Assembly: GCA_018303845.1 (NCBI GenBank)
Contig: JAGVXH010000004.1
Span: forward strand, 197,165 to 261,164
Origin: Candidatus Pacearchaeota archaeon
GTDB lineage: Archaea; Nanobdellota; Nanobdellia; Pacearchaeales; GW2011-AR1
DNA length: 64,000 nt
Reading direction: 5' to 3'
In this document: positions 48,610 to 57,803 of the stretch, one piece after another
Layout of the letters: each line of letters opens with the position of its first letter
How positions within the stretch are numbered: position 1 is the first letter of the stretch
Position numbers and translations under genes: made by a program
The notes under the pieces: model-generated
Told to the model about the DNA's origin: nothing
Database searches by the model: none
Seen by the model: only the letters and a program-made list of their open reading frames with translations

Positions 48610-50066
48610 TCTTTAGACTCTCCAAATATTTTATTATTAGAGCTAGTAAATACTGAGTTCATTGAACATGAAGGCTGGTTAGCATTGATGACATTATTTA
48701 AACCAGAAGTACTTTCTAAAGTTGTAGTGGATGTTGTGAGATATGCAGAGGCCGGAACTGGTGCATTAAAATCTGCAGACAAAGTCACTCCGATAGAAAA
48801 TCCACTCCACTCCACCTTATTATTCTTAATAGGGTAACTAAATCCGAAACCCGCACTATATCCTTCACCGAAATCTACACCACCTTCAGCAGTATCGCCC
48901 TGGAAATCCGCAATATTTGACCTAAAAGGAACAATACCGAATTCAGTACCAACACTTGTTGTTGGAGTCATTAAGCCAATACCTTCTCTATTGTAATTGT
49001 CAAACTCGAGTCCATTAGAGAAACTAATACTTGCAACTCTACCCCCAGCTCCAGAAACACCTGCTCCAGATCCAGCAGCGCCTTGTCCTCCCCAGTACAC
49101 CAAGACATGCCCCGAAGGATCAGTATAACTATAAGGATTCCCCTTCTCAAACATATACCTATTCAACTGCTGAGGATCATAAACATCAGGTAACATACTA
49201 TCAGCCTGAACAAAAATTCGCTTCGAGGGATCATAATACCTAAACCCATAATAATAAAGCCCAGTCTCATCCAACTCTTTATTTTCATAAAGCTTCTTAT
49301 CTGATTCTCCACCTTCCAAAACCCCACCAAACGGCAAATAACTAGTATCTTCAACAACCTCCCCACTTTCATCCGTAATCAAACTCGTACTCCCTAAATG
49401 GTCACTATGATAAAACCACTTACTACCATCTGGATTTATCCTAGCAACCAAAACATCTCCATCATAAACATAACTAAAATTAAACCTCCCGCTCTCATTA
49501 ACAATAACCATCACTTCTTTAAACGGCGTATACACAGTCTCATTCTTCACCATATTGTAAGTCTTAACTCTCACCCCCAAATGATCGTAACTATACTCTT
49601 CTAAAATATCACCACTTATATTATTACCGCTTCTAACCCGAACCAACTGCCCAAACTCATTCCACTCCCGATAATAACCATCTCCAGTCACCAAATTACC
49701 TCCTCCAAAAGTATGATTAACCAAATTCCCATTTCCATCATAACTAAAATTCACCCAACCAACATCAGGACTCTTCTCAGCTATCTTCCTTCCAAGAGAA
49801 TCAAACTCAAAAACCCAATCATTCCCCAAATCGTCCTCAATCCCAACCAAATTCCCAAGCGAATCATAACTATAAGAAGTAGTATAAGTCTCGTTATCAT
49901 TATACTCTCTAACCCCTAACACCTCTCCCCTAACACCTAGCGTTCGGTCAACCCGATTCCCATTCTCATCAAACAAACTAGCATCAAGCCCAGAATAATT
50001 AAAATTCTTTGACGTATTGTCTTGATTGGTTATCTTAGTAACCCTGTCAAGAATATCATACCCCAC
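48606..50066 (-). CDS. Rhs/YD-repeat protein core with variable C-terminal tip, N-terminally truncated
   Basis: YD repeats, YHSDHLGSTSLITD, LYYYGFRYYDP, LNRYMF..GNPYSYTDPSGH, then a Gly-rich tip. Confidence 0.9.
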   Translation of the reverse strand: MGYDILDRVTKITNQDNTSKNFNYSGLDASLFDENGNRVDRTLGVRGEVLGVREYNDNETYTTSYSYDSLGNLVGIEDDLGNDWVFEFDSLGRKIAEKSPDVGWVNFSYDGNGNLVNHTFGGGNLVTGDGYYREWNEFGQLVRVRSGNNISGDILEEYSYDHLGVRVKTYNMVKNETVYTPFKEVMVIVNESGRFNFSYVYDGDVLVARINPDGSKWFYHSDHLGSTSLITDESGEVVEDTSYLPFGGVLEGGESDKKLYENKELDETGLYYYGFRYYDPSKRIFVQADSMLPDVYDPQQLNRYMFEKGNPYSYTDPSGHVLVYWGGQGAAGSGAGVSGAGGRVASISFSNGLEFDNYNREGIGLMTPTTSVGTEFGIVPFRSNIADFQGDTAEGGVDFGEGYSAGFGFSYPIKNNKVEWSGFSIGVTLSADFNAPVPASAYLTTSTTTLESTSGLNNVINANQPSCSMNSVFTSSNNKIFGESKE

Positions 50067-50079
50067 CTCAAAACAAAAA

Positions 50080-50107
50080 ATTTGTGAGCATTCGTGTAAT
50101 TCGTGGA
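50080..50107 (+). repeat. triplet micro-array downstream of GxxExxY gene 1
   Basis: ATTTGTGAGC ATTCGTGTA ATTCGTGGA. Confidence 0.8.
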
Positions 50108-50118
50108 TAAAAACCAAC

Positions 50119-50481
50119 CTACCCAAAAACCAACCGTTTAAACTCAGGCTTCGCTCCACCAAAATTAAAAATCAACCCAACCCTTTTTCCAGTCCCCCTC
50201 AAATAATTCAAAAGCTGAGCCTCATCAACCCCGTTCAAATTACTCTTAGCCTTAATTTCAACCACAACATTTCCCACGATAAAATCCGCAACATAGTCTC
50301 CAACCACCTTACTCTTGTAACAAACCTCAATAGGGACTTGGCTTCCAAAACCAATTCCCAAACTAGAAAATTCAACTTTCATAGCATTCTCATAAACCTT
50401 CTCTAAAAACCCAGACCCAACAACATTATAGACCTCATAATAAGCTCCGATAATATCCTTGGTGCCATCATCAAACTCCAT
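50119..50481 (-). CDS. GxxExxY protein (PD-(D/E)XK nuclease-like)
   Basis: GSGFLEKVYENA, ADFIV...VVVEIKA, EAQLLNYL..TG..VGLIFNFG. Confidence 0.93.
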   Translation of the reverse strand: MEFDDGTKDIIGAYYEVYNVVGSGFLEKVYENAMKVEFSSLGIGFGSQVPIEVCYKSKVVGDYVADFIVGNVVVEIKAKSNLNGVDEAQLLNYLRGTGKRVGLIFNFGGAKPEFKRLVFG

Positions 50482-50521
50482 AAAAATCAAAACACTTTGC
50501 AACTAATAAGCCTTATTGAAA

Positions 50522-50549
50522 ATTCGTGACCATCCGCACAATTCGTGGA
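50522..50549 (+). repeat. triplet micro-array upstream of GxxExxY gene 1
   Basis: ATTCGTGACC ATCCGCACA ATTCGTGGA. Confidence 0.8.
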
Positions 50550-50616
50550 TAATATTTTATCATCCCTCCCCAAAAACCTTATAACCAACCCCAACCTAAA
50601 AACAAAGAGGTGCCCA

Positions 50617-51561
50617 ATGCAAAAGATAATCCCTAAATCAGATTTCCCAAAATTCATAAACAACCTAATAAAATCAAACCTCGTCATAGCCCCAATATTC
50701 GCCCCCGACACAAAATTCCAAAAAGTAAAATCCTTCGACGAAATATATCTAGACAAAATAACTTGGATTCCAGCAAAACAACATTTCCAACCAGAGCAAG
50801 AAACCCTCCTAGAATTCAAGAAAAACAAGCCAACAGAACTAGAAGGACAGATCCCAAAAACAATCCTCTTCGGACTAAGGAAGTGCGACCTGAACGCAAT
50901 CCAAGTTCTAGACAAAGTAATGTATGATAAACAGTATCTAGCAAAAAGAAAAAACACTGTCCTAATAGGCATCCACTGCGAAACTCGGGACAAATTCTGT
51001 TTCTGCAATTCAATGGAGCTCCAAAACTTCCACGACCTCTACATATTCCCAAAAGGAAAAAACTACATAATAGACGTCCAAGGAGAAAAGGGAAAAGCCC
51101 TAGTAGAAAATCTTCAAACACTAGAAAAAGAACTTCCAATTCCAATTCCAAAGAACTCAAAAAAATTAAAAAATCTTAACATAGCAAAAAATTACAAAGA
51201 TTCAATCTGGGAAGCTGACACCTCCAACTGTTTATCTTGCTCAGCCTGCACCGTATACTGTCCAACCTGCAACTGTTTCGACATCAAAGATAACCTTAAC
51301 ATCGACCTAAAATCAGGAACAAGAACTCGTAGCTCCTCATCTTGCCAACTAAAATCCTTCTCCAAAGTCGCCGGAGGAAAGTCCTACAGAGACTCCCGCC
51401 TCTCCCGTTTCAAACATTTCGTCTACCACAAAATCTCATATTTCAAATCCCAACACGGTCGCCCAATGTGTGTCGGATGTGGAAGATGTCTTCGAGTCTG
51501 CCCAACAAAAATCGACTGGGTCAAAACAATAAATAAACTGCCAAAAAAGAAGAATGGATGA
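50617..51561 (+). CDS. group 3b NiFe hydrogenase beta subunit (4Fe-4S)
   Basis: CLSCSACTVYCPTCNCF and CVGCGRCLRVCP; GAGGTG SD before MQKII. Confidence 0.9.
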   Translation: MQKIIPKSDFPKFINNLIKSNLVIAPIFAPDTKFQKVKSFDEIYLDKITWIPAKQHFQPEQETLLEFKKNKPTELEGQIPKTILFGLRKCDLNAIQVLDKVMYDKQYLAKRKNTVLIGIHCETRDKFCFCNSMELQNFHDLYIFPKGKNYIIDVQGEKGKALVENLQTLEKELPIPIPKNSKKLKNLNIAKNYKDSIWEADTSNCLSCSACTVYCPTCNCFDIKDNLNIDLKSGTRTRSSSSCQLKSFSKVAGGKSYRDSRLSRFKHFVYHKISYFKSQHGRPMCVGCGRCLRVCPTKIDWVKTINKLPKKKNG

Positions 51562-52321
51562 AAAAATAAAAAACATAGTAGAAAAATTCCTTAAAAGTTG
51601 GAAAGAATTAGATAAAGTAAGTGCAGTAATTATTTGCGGAAGTTATGTAACGGGAAACCCAACAAAACATTCCGACATAGACGTCCAAATAATTCTTAAA
51701 AATGGAACAAAATGGAGAGAAAGAGGAAATAAAATAATAGATGGAATACTTTTAGAATATTTTGCAAATCCGAAAAGTGAAATATTGAGGTCTATGGAAA
51801 AAGAATTCTTAGAAAGAGATAGGGCTACTGCACATATGTTTTTTACAGGGGAAATTATAATGGATAAATTTAGCGAAGCAAAAGAATTAAAAAAATTGTC
51901 AAAAAAATATTTATCAAAAAATTATAAGTCAACAAATAAAGTAAAAATAGGTTCGGAGAAGTATTCATTATGGGATATGCAAGATAATTTAGAGGAAGTC
52001 TATGAAAAACAATTAGGAGATTTTAGATTTGTTTATTATAACTATATGTCAAATATTTTTTCAAATTATTGCGAATATATCGGATTCCCAGAAGTGCCAA
52101 ATAATAAAATTCTAAGATTTTTAACGGATAAAAATGATAGAAAAAAATATATAATTCCAGAATTTCCAGACAAGAAATTCATAAAAATATTTTCTAAGAT
52201 GATAAAATTAAAAGAAGAAGAGAAGATGGTGAATGAATATAAAAAAATAACAAAACATGTCATAGGTAAAATGGGGGGCTTCTCAATAAATGATTTTAAG
52301 CAGAGGTTGAAAATAAAATGA
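51554..52321 (+). CDS. nucleotidyltransferase domain protein inserted in the hydrogenase operon
   Basis: CGSYVTG.P..HSDIDV, WRERGN...EYFANP; very AT-rich. Confidence 0.85.
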   Translation: MDEKIKNIVEKFLKSWKELDKVSAVIICGSYVTGNPTKHSDIDVQIILKNGTKWRERGNKIIDGILLEYFANPKSEILRSMEKEFLERDRATAHMFFTGEIIMDKFSEAKELKKLSKKYLSKNYKSTNKVKIGSEKYSLWDMQDNLEEVYEKQLGDFRFVYYNYMSNIFSNYCEYIGFPEVPNNKILRFLTDKNDRKKYIIPEFPDKKFIKIFSKMIKLKEEEKMVNEYKKITKHVIGKMGGFSINDFKQRLKIK

Positions 52322-52328
52322 AAAATAA

Positions 52329-52358
52329 ATTCGTATGCATTCACGTAAATTCGCGGAA
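52329..52358 (+). repeat. triplet 10-bp micro-array (solo)
   Basis: ATTCGTATGC ATTCACGTAA ATTCGCGGAA. Confidence 0.7.
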
Positions 52359-52392
52359 AGAAAAGAAAAATCCGAGACTAAATTATTCCAAA

Positions 52393-52421
52393 CCCCCAAA
52401 CCCCCAAACCCCCAAACCCCC
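52393..52421 (+). repeat. (CCCCCAAA) array with four C5 tracts
   Basis: Perfect array just upstream of the gamma-subunit SD and ATG. Confidence 0.92.
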
Positions 52422-52439
52422 AAAATCGGAGGGACCCAA

Positions 52440-53243
52440 ATGAGCTATCTCCCTATTCCCCACAAAATAGAATCCATAAAATCCTACACCCCAGATGTAA
52501 AACTCTTCCGCATTAAATCCAATCTAAATCCTGCTCCAGGAACTTTCTTAGAAGTCTCAATTCCAGGAATCGGAGAATGTCCCTTGGCGTCATGCTCTCA
52601 TAATAAAGGATACATAGAACTCCTAACAAAAAACGCTGGCAATGTAACTCAAGCAATCTTCAACCTAAAAAAAGGCGACACAATCTTAATTCGAGGGCCC
52701 CACGGTCACGGCTTCCCCTTAGAAGAATTAAAAAACAAAAACCTAATCCTAATCGCAGGCGGAACAGGAATAGCCCCAATAACTTCCATGATAAATTACA
52801 TCGAACAAAACAAATCCCAATTCAAAAAAATATTCATCTACTTCGGCTTCCGCGACGAACAAAACATTCTCCTTAAAGAAAGAATAAAAAAATGGGAGAG
52901 TGTATTCCATCTACACATAGGCCTATCAAATGATCCAAATAATCATGACTACGAAAAAGGCTTCATTAATCAAATCATAGAACATCACAAACCTTCCGTC
53001 CAAGACACCGTAGCCCTTCTTTGCGGTCCAGAAATAATGATGGACTGTGCAACAAAAGAATTGAATTTTCTAGGAATCCCAAATTCACAAATCTATTGGT
53101 CGTTAGAGCGAAGAATGGAATGTGCCTTCGGCTCCTGCGGCAGGTGCCAAATCCAAGACCTCTACGTCTGCAAAGACGGACCCATATTCCAATATTCAAA
53201 AATTAAATCTAGGTTAGACAATGAAAATTCAAGCCAAGCCTAA
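52440..53243 (+). CDS. group 3b hydrogenase gamma subunit (FAD/NAD(P)-binding, 2Fe-2S)
   Basis: RGPHGHGF, AGGTGIAP, LCGPEIMM, ERRMECAFGSCGRC...CKDGP. Confidence 0.92.
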   Translation: MSYLPIPHKIESIKSYTPDVKLFRIKSNLNPAPGTFLEVSIPGIGECPLASCSHNKGYIELLTKNAGNVTQAIFNLKKGDTILIRGPHGHGFPLEELKNKNLILIAGGTGIAPITSMINYIEQNKSQFKKIFIYFGFRDEQNILLKERIKKWESVFHLHIGLSNDPNNHDYEKGFINQIIEHHKPSVQDTVALLCGPEIMMDCATKELNFLGIPNSQIYWSLERRMECAFGSCGRCQIQDLYVCKDGPIFQYSKIKSRLDNENSSQA

Positions 53244-53997
53244 AGTCGGTTTCTACGGAATCTCGGGTTGCTCAGGTTGCCTACTAACCGTTCTCTACGA
53301 AGATTGCTTCCTAGAACTGCTAAACTTAGTAGACATAAAATCCTTCCCTTTCATAAAAGAAAACAACTATGAAGGAAAGCTAGATTATTGTTTTATAGAA
53401 GGAACAGTTTGCTTCGACGAAGATATCCTAACAATAAACAAATTAAGAGAACGTTCAAATAAAATAATAGCCCTAGGTTCCTGTGCCTGCTTCGGTTGTG
53501 TCCCATCAATGGGAAACTTTCGAAACAAAGAAAAAATAATGAGCTTTGTCTATCCAAAGCACAACCACCTAAAAGAAACCCCACCAACTCCAATCAATCG
53601 CCATATCAAAGTAGACTACCACATTCCACAATGTCCGCCAGACAAAAAAGAAATTCTAGAATTCATAAAATGCATATTAACAGAAAGGGAATTCAACCCC
53701 ACAAAAAACCCAGTCTGTTTCGAATGCAGAAAAAAAGGAAATCATTGTTTACTTGAAGACAATAAAATTTGTTTAGGACCAGTAACTTCAGGTGGTTGCA
53801 ACGCCCTTTGCCCAACCAACAAAACAGTCTGTTACGGATGTCGAGGACCAAATCCAGATGCGAATTACGAAGCCTTTTTCAAAATGTTAAAAAAGTCAAA
53901 GCATACCAACAAAGAAATAAAAGACAAACTCGAAACATTTGCAGGATTAGCATTTAAAGAAAAAGAAGGAGATTCAAGTAAATGGCTAGAGAAATAA
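53221..53997 (+). CDS. group 3b hydrogenase small (delta) subunit
   Basis: GCSGC, IEG, GSCACFG, PQCPP, VCFEC, CLGPVT.GGC.A.CP...CYGCRG. Confidence 0.92.
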   Translation: MKIQAKPKVGFYGISGCSGCLLTVLYEDCFLELLNLVDIKSFPFIKENNYEGKLDYCFIEGTVCFDEDILTINKLRERSNKIIALGSCACFGCVPSMGNFRNKEKIMSFVYPKHNHLKETPPTPINRHIKVDYHIPQCPPDKKEILEFIKCILTEREFNPTKNPVCFECRKKGNHCLLEDNKICLGPVTSGGCNALCPTNKTVCYGCRGPNPDANYEAFFKMLKKSKHTNKEIKDKLETFAGLAFKEKEGDSSKWLEK

Positions 53998-55262
53998 ACC
54001 TTAACCACATTTGTAAAATAGAAGGGCACGCAAGTTTAAATTTAAAGATAGAAAAAAATAGAGTCATAAAATGCGAACTTAAAGCTTCAGAAGGAGCAAG
54101 ATTCTTCGAAGCGTTAGTCCTCGGAAGAAACATCGAAGACATTCAAGAAATCGTCTCCAGAATTTGCGGCATCTGTTCCTGCTCTCATTCAGTCGCCTCA
54201 GTCCAAGGGTTAGAAGAGGCTTTAGGCATTAAACCTTCAGAGCAACAAAAATTCATAAGAGAAATTCTTCTTCTGGCAGAACGAATCCGAAGTCATGCAA
54301 CACATCTTTATTTCCTTTCTCTTCCAGATTATCTAGGAGCGTCCTCGGCGATAACATTAAAACAAGAACATAAATCAAAAGTTCTAGACGCTCTAAAAAT
54401 AGTGACGCTTGGAAATAAAATAGTAGAAAAATTCGGAGGCAGAGAAATGCACCCATTTTTAAAAATCCAAGAAGAGTTAAGAAAGGAAAACTTCGAAGAA
54501 TTAATCGCTCAATTAAAAGAAACAAAACCCCTAATCCTAAAAACAATAGAACTCTTTAATAATTTAGACTATCAAAAATTAGAAAGAAAATCAGAATATC
54601 TTTCTTTAAACGAAAAAGACAAATATGCCAACGTCTCAGGAAAAATCTATGCTGGAAAAGAAACCTTCGTAGATGACGACTATAAAACTCATCTTGCCGA
54701 AAATATCAAAGAATACGCAACGTCAAAATTCGTCCTTCATAACAAACACACATTTTCAGTAGGTGCAACTGCCAGGATTTCGAATAACCACAATCAACTA
54801 GATTTAGAAACAAAAAAAGAATTATCAAAAACAAAAATAACTTTCCCCATAACAAACCCACATCACAACTTAATCTGCCAAGCCTTAGAAATATTAAATG
54901 CAGTCAGCAGAATAACAGAATTGCTTCAGTCGCCCCCAACCCCCCAAACTTCAAACCCCCAAACCCCCAAACTTCCAAACCACCAAAACGGGACAGGAGT
55001 TTCCGCTGTTGAAGCCCCACGTGGCACTCTCTTTCACGAATACAAAATAAACAAATCTGGAATAATAGAATATTGCAACATAATAACTCCAACGGCGCAA
55101 AATCTCAATATAATGGAATCCGACATAACTCTTCTAGTAAACATTCTACTAGAACAAAAGACTTCACAAAAAGAAATCGTAGAACAAATAGAAAAATTAA
55201 TCCGTTCCTACGACCCATGTTTTAGTTGCTCAACACATTTTCTAAAAGTCAACTGGATATAA
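53982..55262 (+). CDS. group 3b NiFe hydrogenase large (alpha) subunit
   Basis: KIEGH, RICGICSCSH (L1), EAPRGTL.H, YDPCFSCSTH (L2) plus short C-terminal extension. Confidence 0.95.
   Translation: MAREINLNHICKIEGHASLNLKIEKNRVIKCELKASEGARFFEALVLGRNIEDIQEIVSRICGICSCSHSVASVQGLEEALGIKPSEQQKFIREILLLAERIRSHATHLYFLSLPDYLGASSAITLKQEHKSKVLDALKIVTLGNKIVEKFGGREMHPFLKIQEELRKENFEELIAQLKETKPLILKTIELFNNLDYQKLERKSEYLSLNEKDKYANVSGKIYAGKETFVDDDYKTHLAENIKEYATSKFVLHNKHTFSVGATARISNNHNQLDLETKKELSKTKITFPITNPHHNLICQALEILNAVSRITELLQSPPTPQTSNPQTPKLPNHQNGTGVSAVEAPRGTLFHEYKINKSGIIEYCNIITPTAQNLNIMESDITLLVNILLEQKTSQKEIVEQIEKLIRSYDPCFSCSTHFLKVNWI
54933..54984 (+). repeat. degenerate 8-bp C-tract array, in-frame in the hydrogenase large subunit
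   Basis: CCCCC AA CCCCCC AAA CTTC AAA CCCCC AAA CCCCC AAA CTTCC AAA CCACC; encodes PPTPQTSNPQTPKLPNHQ. Confidence 0.8.
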
Positions 55263-55290
55263 TCTGTGTCAATCCGTGTAATCTGTGGCC
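55261..55290 (+). repeat. triplet micro-array (solo) at a convergent gene junction
   Basis: AATCTGTGTC AATCCGTGT AATCTGTGG CC; supplies the ATDYTD-stop of the protease gene. Confidence 0.85.
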
Positions 55291-55634
55291 AATTTATTCT
55301 TTACATCTAACAATATTTTTTCTTTATTCCCAGTTCTAGGCATCCCAATAATCTTAACATCATTCCCCATCAAGCCCAAAACATATCCCGCATCAAAATC
55401 ATGCACCGACAAAATAGAATCAACCTTCAAATCTGTAACATCAATAAAACAAACTTCTTTTAGTCCATCGACAACATCCAAAATAACAAAATCCTCTCCA
55501 GAAGAAACAATGCCCATCAAACCAAAAGAATCCTTAACATTCACAACTTCAAACTCCCCACAAAGCAAAGCCCCAACTTCCTTGGCAAAACAATCCTCCT
55601 CAATAAACTCATTCCCCAAACAAACAATCTTCAT
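55269..55634 (-). CDS. hydrogenase maturation protease-like protein
   Basis: CLGNEFIEED, VILDVV.G, SVHDFD. Confidence 0.8.
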   Translation of the reverse strand: MKIVCLGNEFIEEDCFAKEVGALLCGEFEVVNVKDSFGLMGIVSSGEDFVILDVVDGLKEVCFIDVTDLKVDSILSVHDFDAGYVLGLMGNDVKIIGMPRTGNKEKILLDVKNKLATDYTD

Positions 55635-56107
55635 CACAACTTCCTCACAATATGTCCTCGATGTATCCTAACCTCTTTTCCTTTTTTAATATCGAAACCA
55701 AGATATTCCCCAGACACAGCAGATCTTTCATTACTATATTCTACTACATACTTGTCCCCATCTAATTTTCTTAAAACAACAGCATCGCGGGAAACACATA
55801 ATTTACAAAAAGCTTCAGGGTAAAAAGAATAATCACCTTCCTTTTTATGAATTTTATGATTGTGTTCTCCCATAAAATAACTATCAACAGCTTCTCCATC
55901 AGCGCCATCTACAGAATCAACAACCAGCTTAAAGTGTTTCAGAATTAAATCATCTGGAATCTCATTTTCCCTTCCCAAATAAGAAAGAAGTTCATTATAT
56001 TCTTCTCGACTAACAGTCCCAAGTGAAACCCTATCCTTTACACACGGCATTCCATATCGAAATATTGCTTTCTTATAACTCCAATCTTCCAATTTATCTT
56101 CCAACAT
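55634..56107 (-). CDS. hypothetical hydrogenase-associated protein
   Basis: FRYGMPC, HN, C..CV, C-terminal HypC-like G..V.IH motif; coupled to hypC. Confidence 0.65.
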   Translation of the reverse strand: MLEDKLEDWSYKKAIFRYGMPCVKDRVSLGTVSREEYNELLSYLGRENEIPDDLILKHFKLVVDSVDGADGEAVDSYFMGEHNHKIHKKEGDYSFYPEAFCKLCVSRDAVVLRKLDGDKYVVEYSNERSAVSGEYLGFDIKKGKEVRIHRGHIVRKL

Positions 56108-56297
56108 CAATCACCTCTAAAAACTTTAATGCCCTCTCCTTATCAACCTTGTTCACAACAATCCCACCTGAAACAATCACAAAATCTCCAACAGCCAAAT
56201 CAATTAAACTCAAGTTCACAATACGTTTCCCACCAGGATACCTTAAAACAATTTTCTCTCCCAATTCAACAACCTCACCAGGCACGCTTAGACACAT
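56094..56297 (-). CDS. hypC: hydrogenase chaperone HypC
   Basis: MCLSVPGEVV, VGDFVIV.GG. Confidence 0.9.
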   Translation of the reverse strand: MCLSVPGEVVELGEKIVLRYPGGKRIVNLSLIDLAVGDFVIVSGGIVVNKVDKERALKFLEVIDVGR

Positions 56298-56617
56298 CAA
56301 TTATAAATAATTTTCAGAATTTTTATATCCTTGCCTTCCAAGACTTCTGGTACCCACCCGCATTGTGCACATTCAAAAATAACAATATCATGCAACCTCT
56401 CAACTACCCTAGCTCGCCCTTCAAATCCACACTCACACTTAACCTTAGAGTCCTTATCAATAATCTCAACCACCCAATTAAACCTTCCCAAAATATGCTC
56501 CCTCAAATGTCTAGTCTCAATTCCAACCAACTCTCCAACCTCTAAAACAATTTCCTTTACATCATCCCGATTATTAACATCCTTCAATATCGCCTCAATA
56601 AAACTGTGTTCATGCAT
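56297..56617 (-). CDS. hypA: hydrogenase nickel insertion protein HypA
   Basis: MHEHS, VGEL, CECG...CAQCG...G. Confidence 0.9.
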   Translation of the reverse strand: MHEHSFIEAILKDVNNRDDVKEIVLEVGELVGIETRHLREHILGRFNWVVEIIDKDSKVKCECGFEGRARVVERLHDIVIFECAQCGWVPEVLEGKDIKILKIIYN

Positions 56618-56676
56618 TACATATCAAGGATATTCAAAGTTAAAAACGTTCCTACCCAAGTTAAAATAAATTATAT

Positions 56677-57309
56677 TTATTTTTCTAACAACTTCCTTAA
56701 AACTTTCTCAGGATTTTTTGCCGTAGTCACTGCCGACGACAATGCAACCCCACTCGCACCAAACTTCATTGCCACTTCAATATCCTCGTGATTATGAATC
56801 CCAGCCCCAACCAGAAATTTACCTTTCAATTTCTTCCCAATCTCCGCAATCAACTCTGGGCGCGCCGTAGATACACTAACCTCTCCACCAACAAGCTCAG
56901 CCGGCTCAATACAAACATAATCCACACCAAGCTTCTCAATTCTTTTAGCATCTTTCAAACTCCCAGCAAACACAAGCGTCTTCAGCCCAACTTCCTTACA
57001 TCTCAAAACAGTCTTCTTCAAAACATCCCAAGTCAAAGGATGTTCACTATGATTCAAAAAAACCCCAACCGCTCCGTCACTTTTAACTCCTTCAACAGCA
57101 ACAAACCCAGTATTCCTGCCGGGCTCCACCGCATCAACATGCTGACAATAAACTTTCAAAGAAGTCTTGTGCGCGACCTCATAAACATCTCCAACCTGAA
57201 CCCCAACAACAATATCTTTAGAAACCTTCTCAATCTTTCTACAAAGTTTCAAAACTTCTTTACCCTGTTGATAAGTTTTCAAATTAACAACAATTAAAGG
57301 GTTCATCAT
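56677..57309 (-). CDS. tpiA: triosephosphate isomerase (archaeal type)
   Basis: VNLKTY, CQHVD, LNHSEH, IEPAELVG, GAGI. Confidence 0.95.
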   Translation of the reverse strand: MMNPLIVVNLKTYQQGKEVLKLCRKIEKVSKDIVVGVQVGDVYEVAHKTSLKVYCQHVDAVEPGRNTGFVAVEGVKSDGAVGVFLNHSEHPLTWDVLKKTVLRCKEVGLKTLVFAGSLKDAKRIEKLGVDYVCIEPAELVGGEVSVSTARPELIAEIGKKLKGKFLVGAGIHNHEDIEVAMKFGASGVALSSAVTTAKNPEKVLRKLLEK

Positions 57310-57311
57310 CT

Positions 57312-57773
57312 TCAAAGTCCCCACATGCCCCAACTTTCGGGAAATTTTAAATCCAGTACCCTAATATAAACAACCAACTCTCCGTGATGAAGAATCTCAT
57401 GTTCAATCAAAGAATTCAAATGCTCTTCCAAATTCAATTTCTCTCCAAACCAATCAATCTTCACATCCTCTTTTTCTTCAATTAACTTAAGCATCTCCAT
57501 ATTAACTTCTTCCAAAAATTCCAAAAGTTTCATCTTCGAAGTTTCAACCGAATAATCCCTTCGATATTTCCCAAAATCAACCTTTCCAGTTTTAATCGCT
57601 TCATTATAACAAATCTGAACATCCCCAATATGTCGATACTGCTTACCAATGGTCCCCATATTTTTCCCAACACTAAAAGACAAATTTTCCTCAGGGAGTT
57701 CACTTAACAAATCAAGAGTTAACTGCCTCAAGTCTTTCCATTTTTCTAATAAGTGCTTCAGCTCCTCTCTCAT
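57312..57773 (-). CDS. DinB family protein
   Basis: RHIG...LIEHEILHHGEL..Y.R. Confidence 0.85.
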   Translation of the reverse strand: MREELKHLLEKWKDLRQLTLDLLSELPEENLSFSVGKNMGTIGKQYRHIGDVQICYNEAIKTGKVDFGKYRRDYSVETSKMKLLEFLEEVNMEMLKLIEEKEDVKIDWFGEKLNLEEHLNSLIEHEILHHGELVVYIRVLDLKFPESWGMWGL

Positions 57774-57803
57774 AATAAATACAATCATCTAACAATTAAA
57801 AAC

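Noticed and set aside
50487..51008. ORF containing LSTNCADGHE
   Set aside because: It is antisense to the hydrogenase beta subunit, and the peptide is simply the triplet array read through.
52371..52383. SETKL-coding sequence next to C-tract arrays here and in map
   Set aside because: It has the opposite orientation relative to the arrays at the two sites; likely coincidence.
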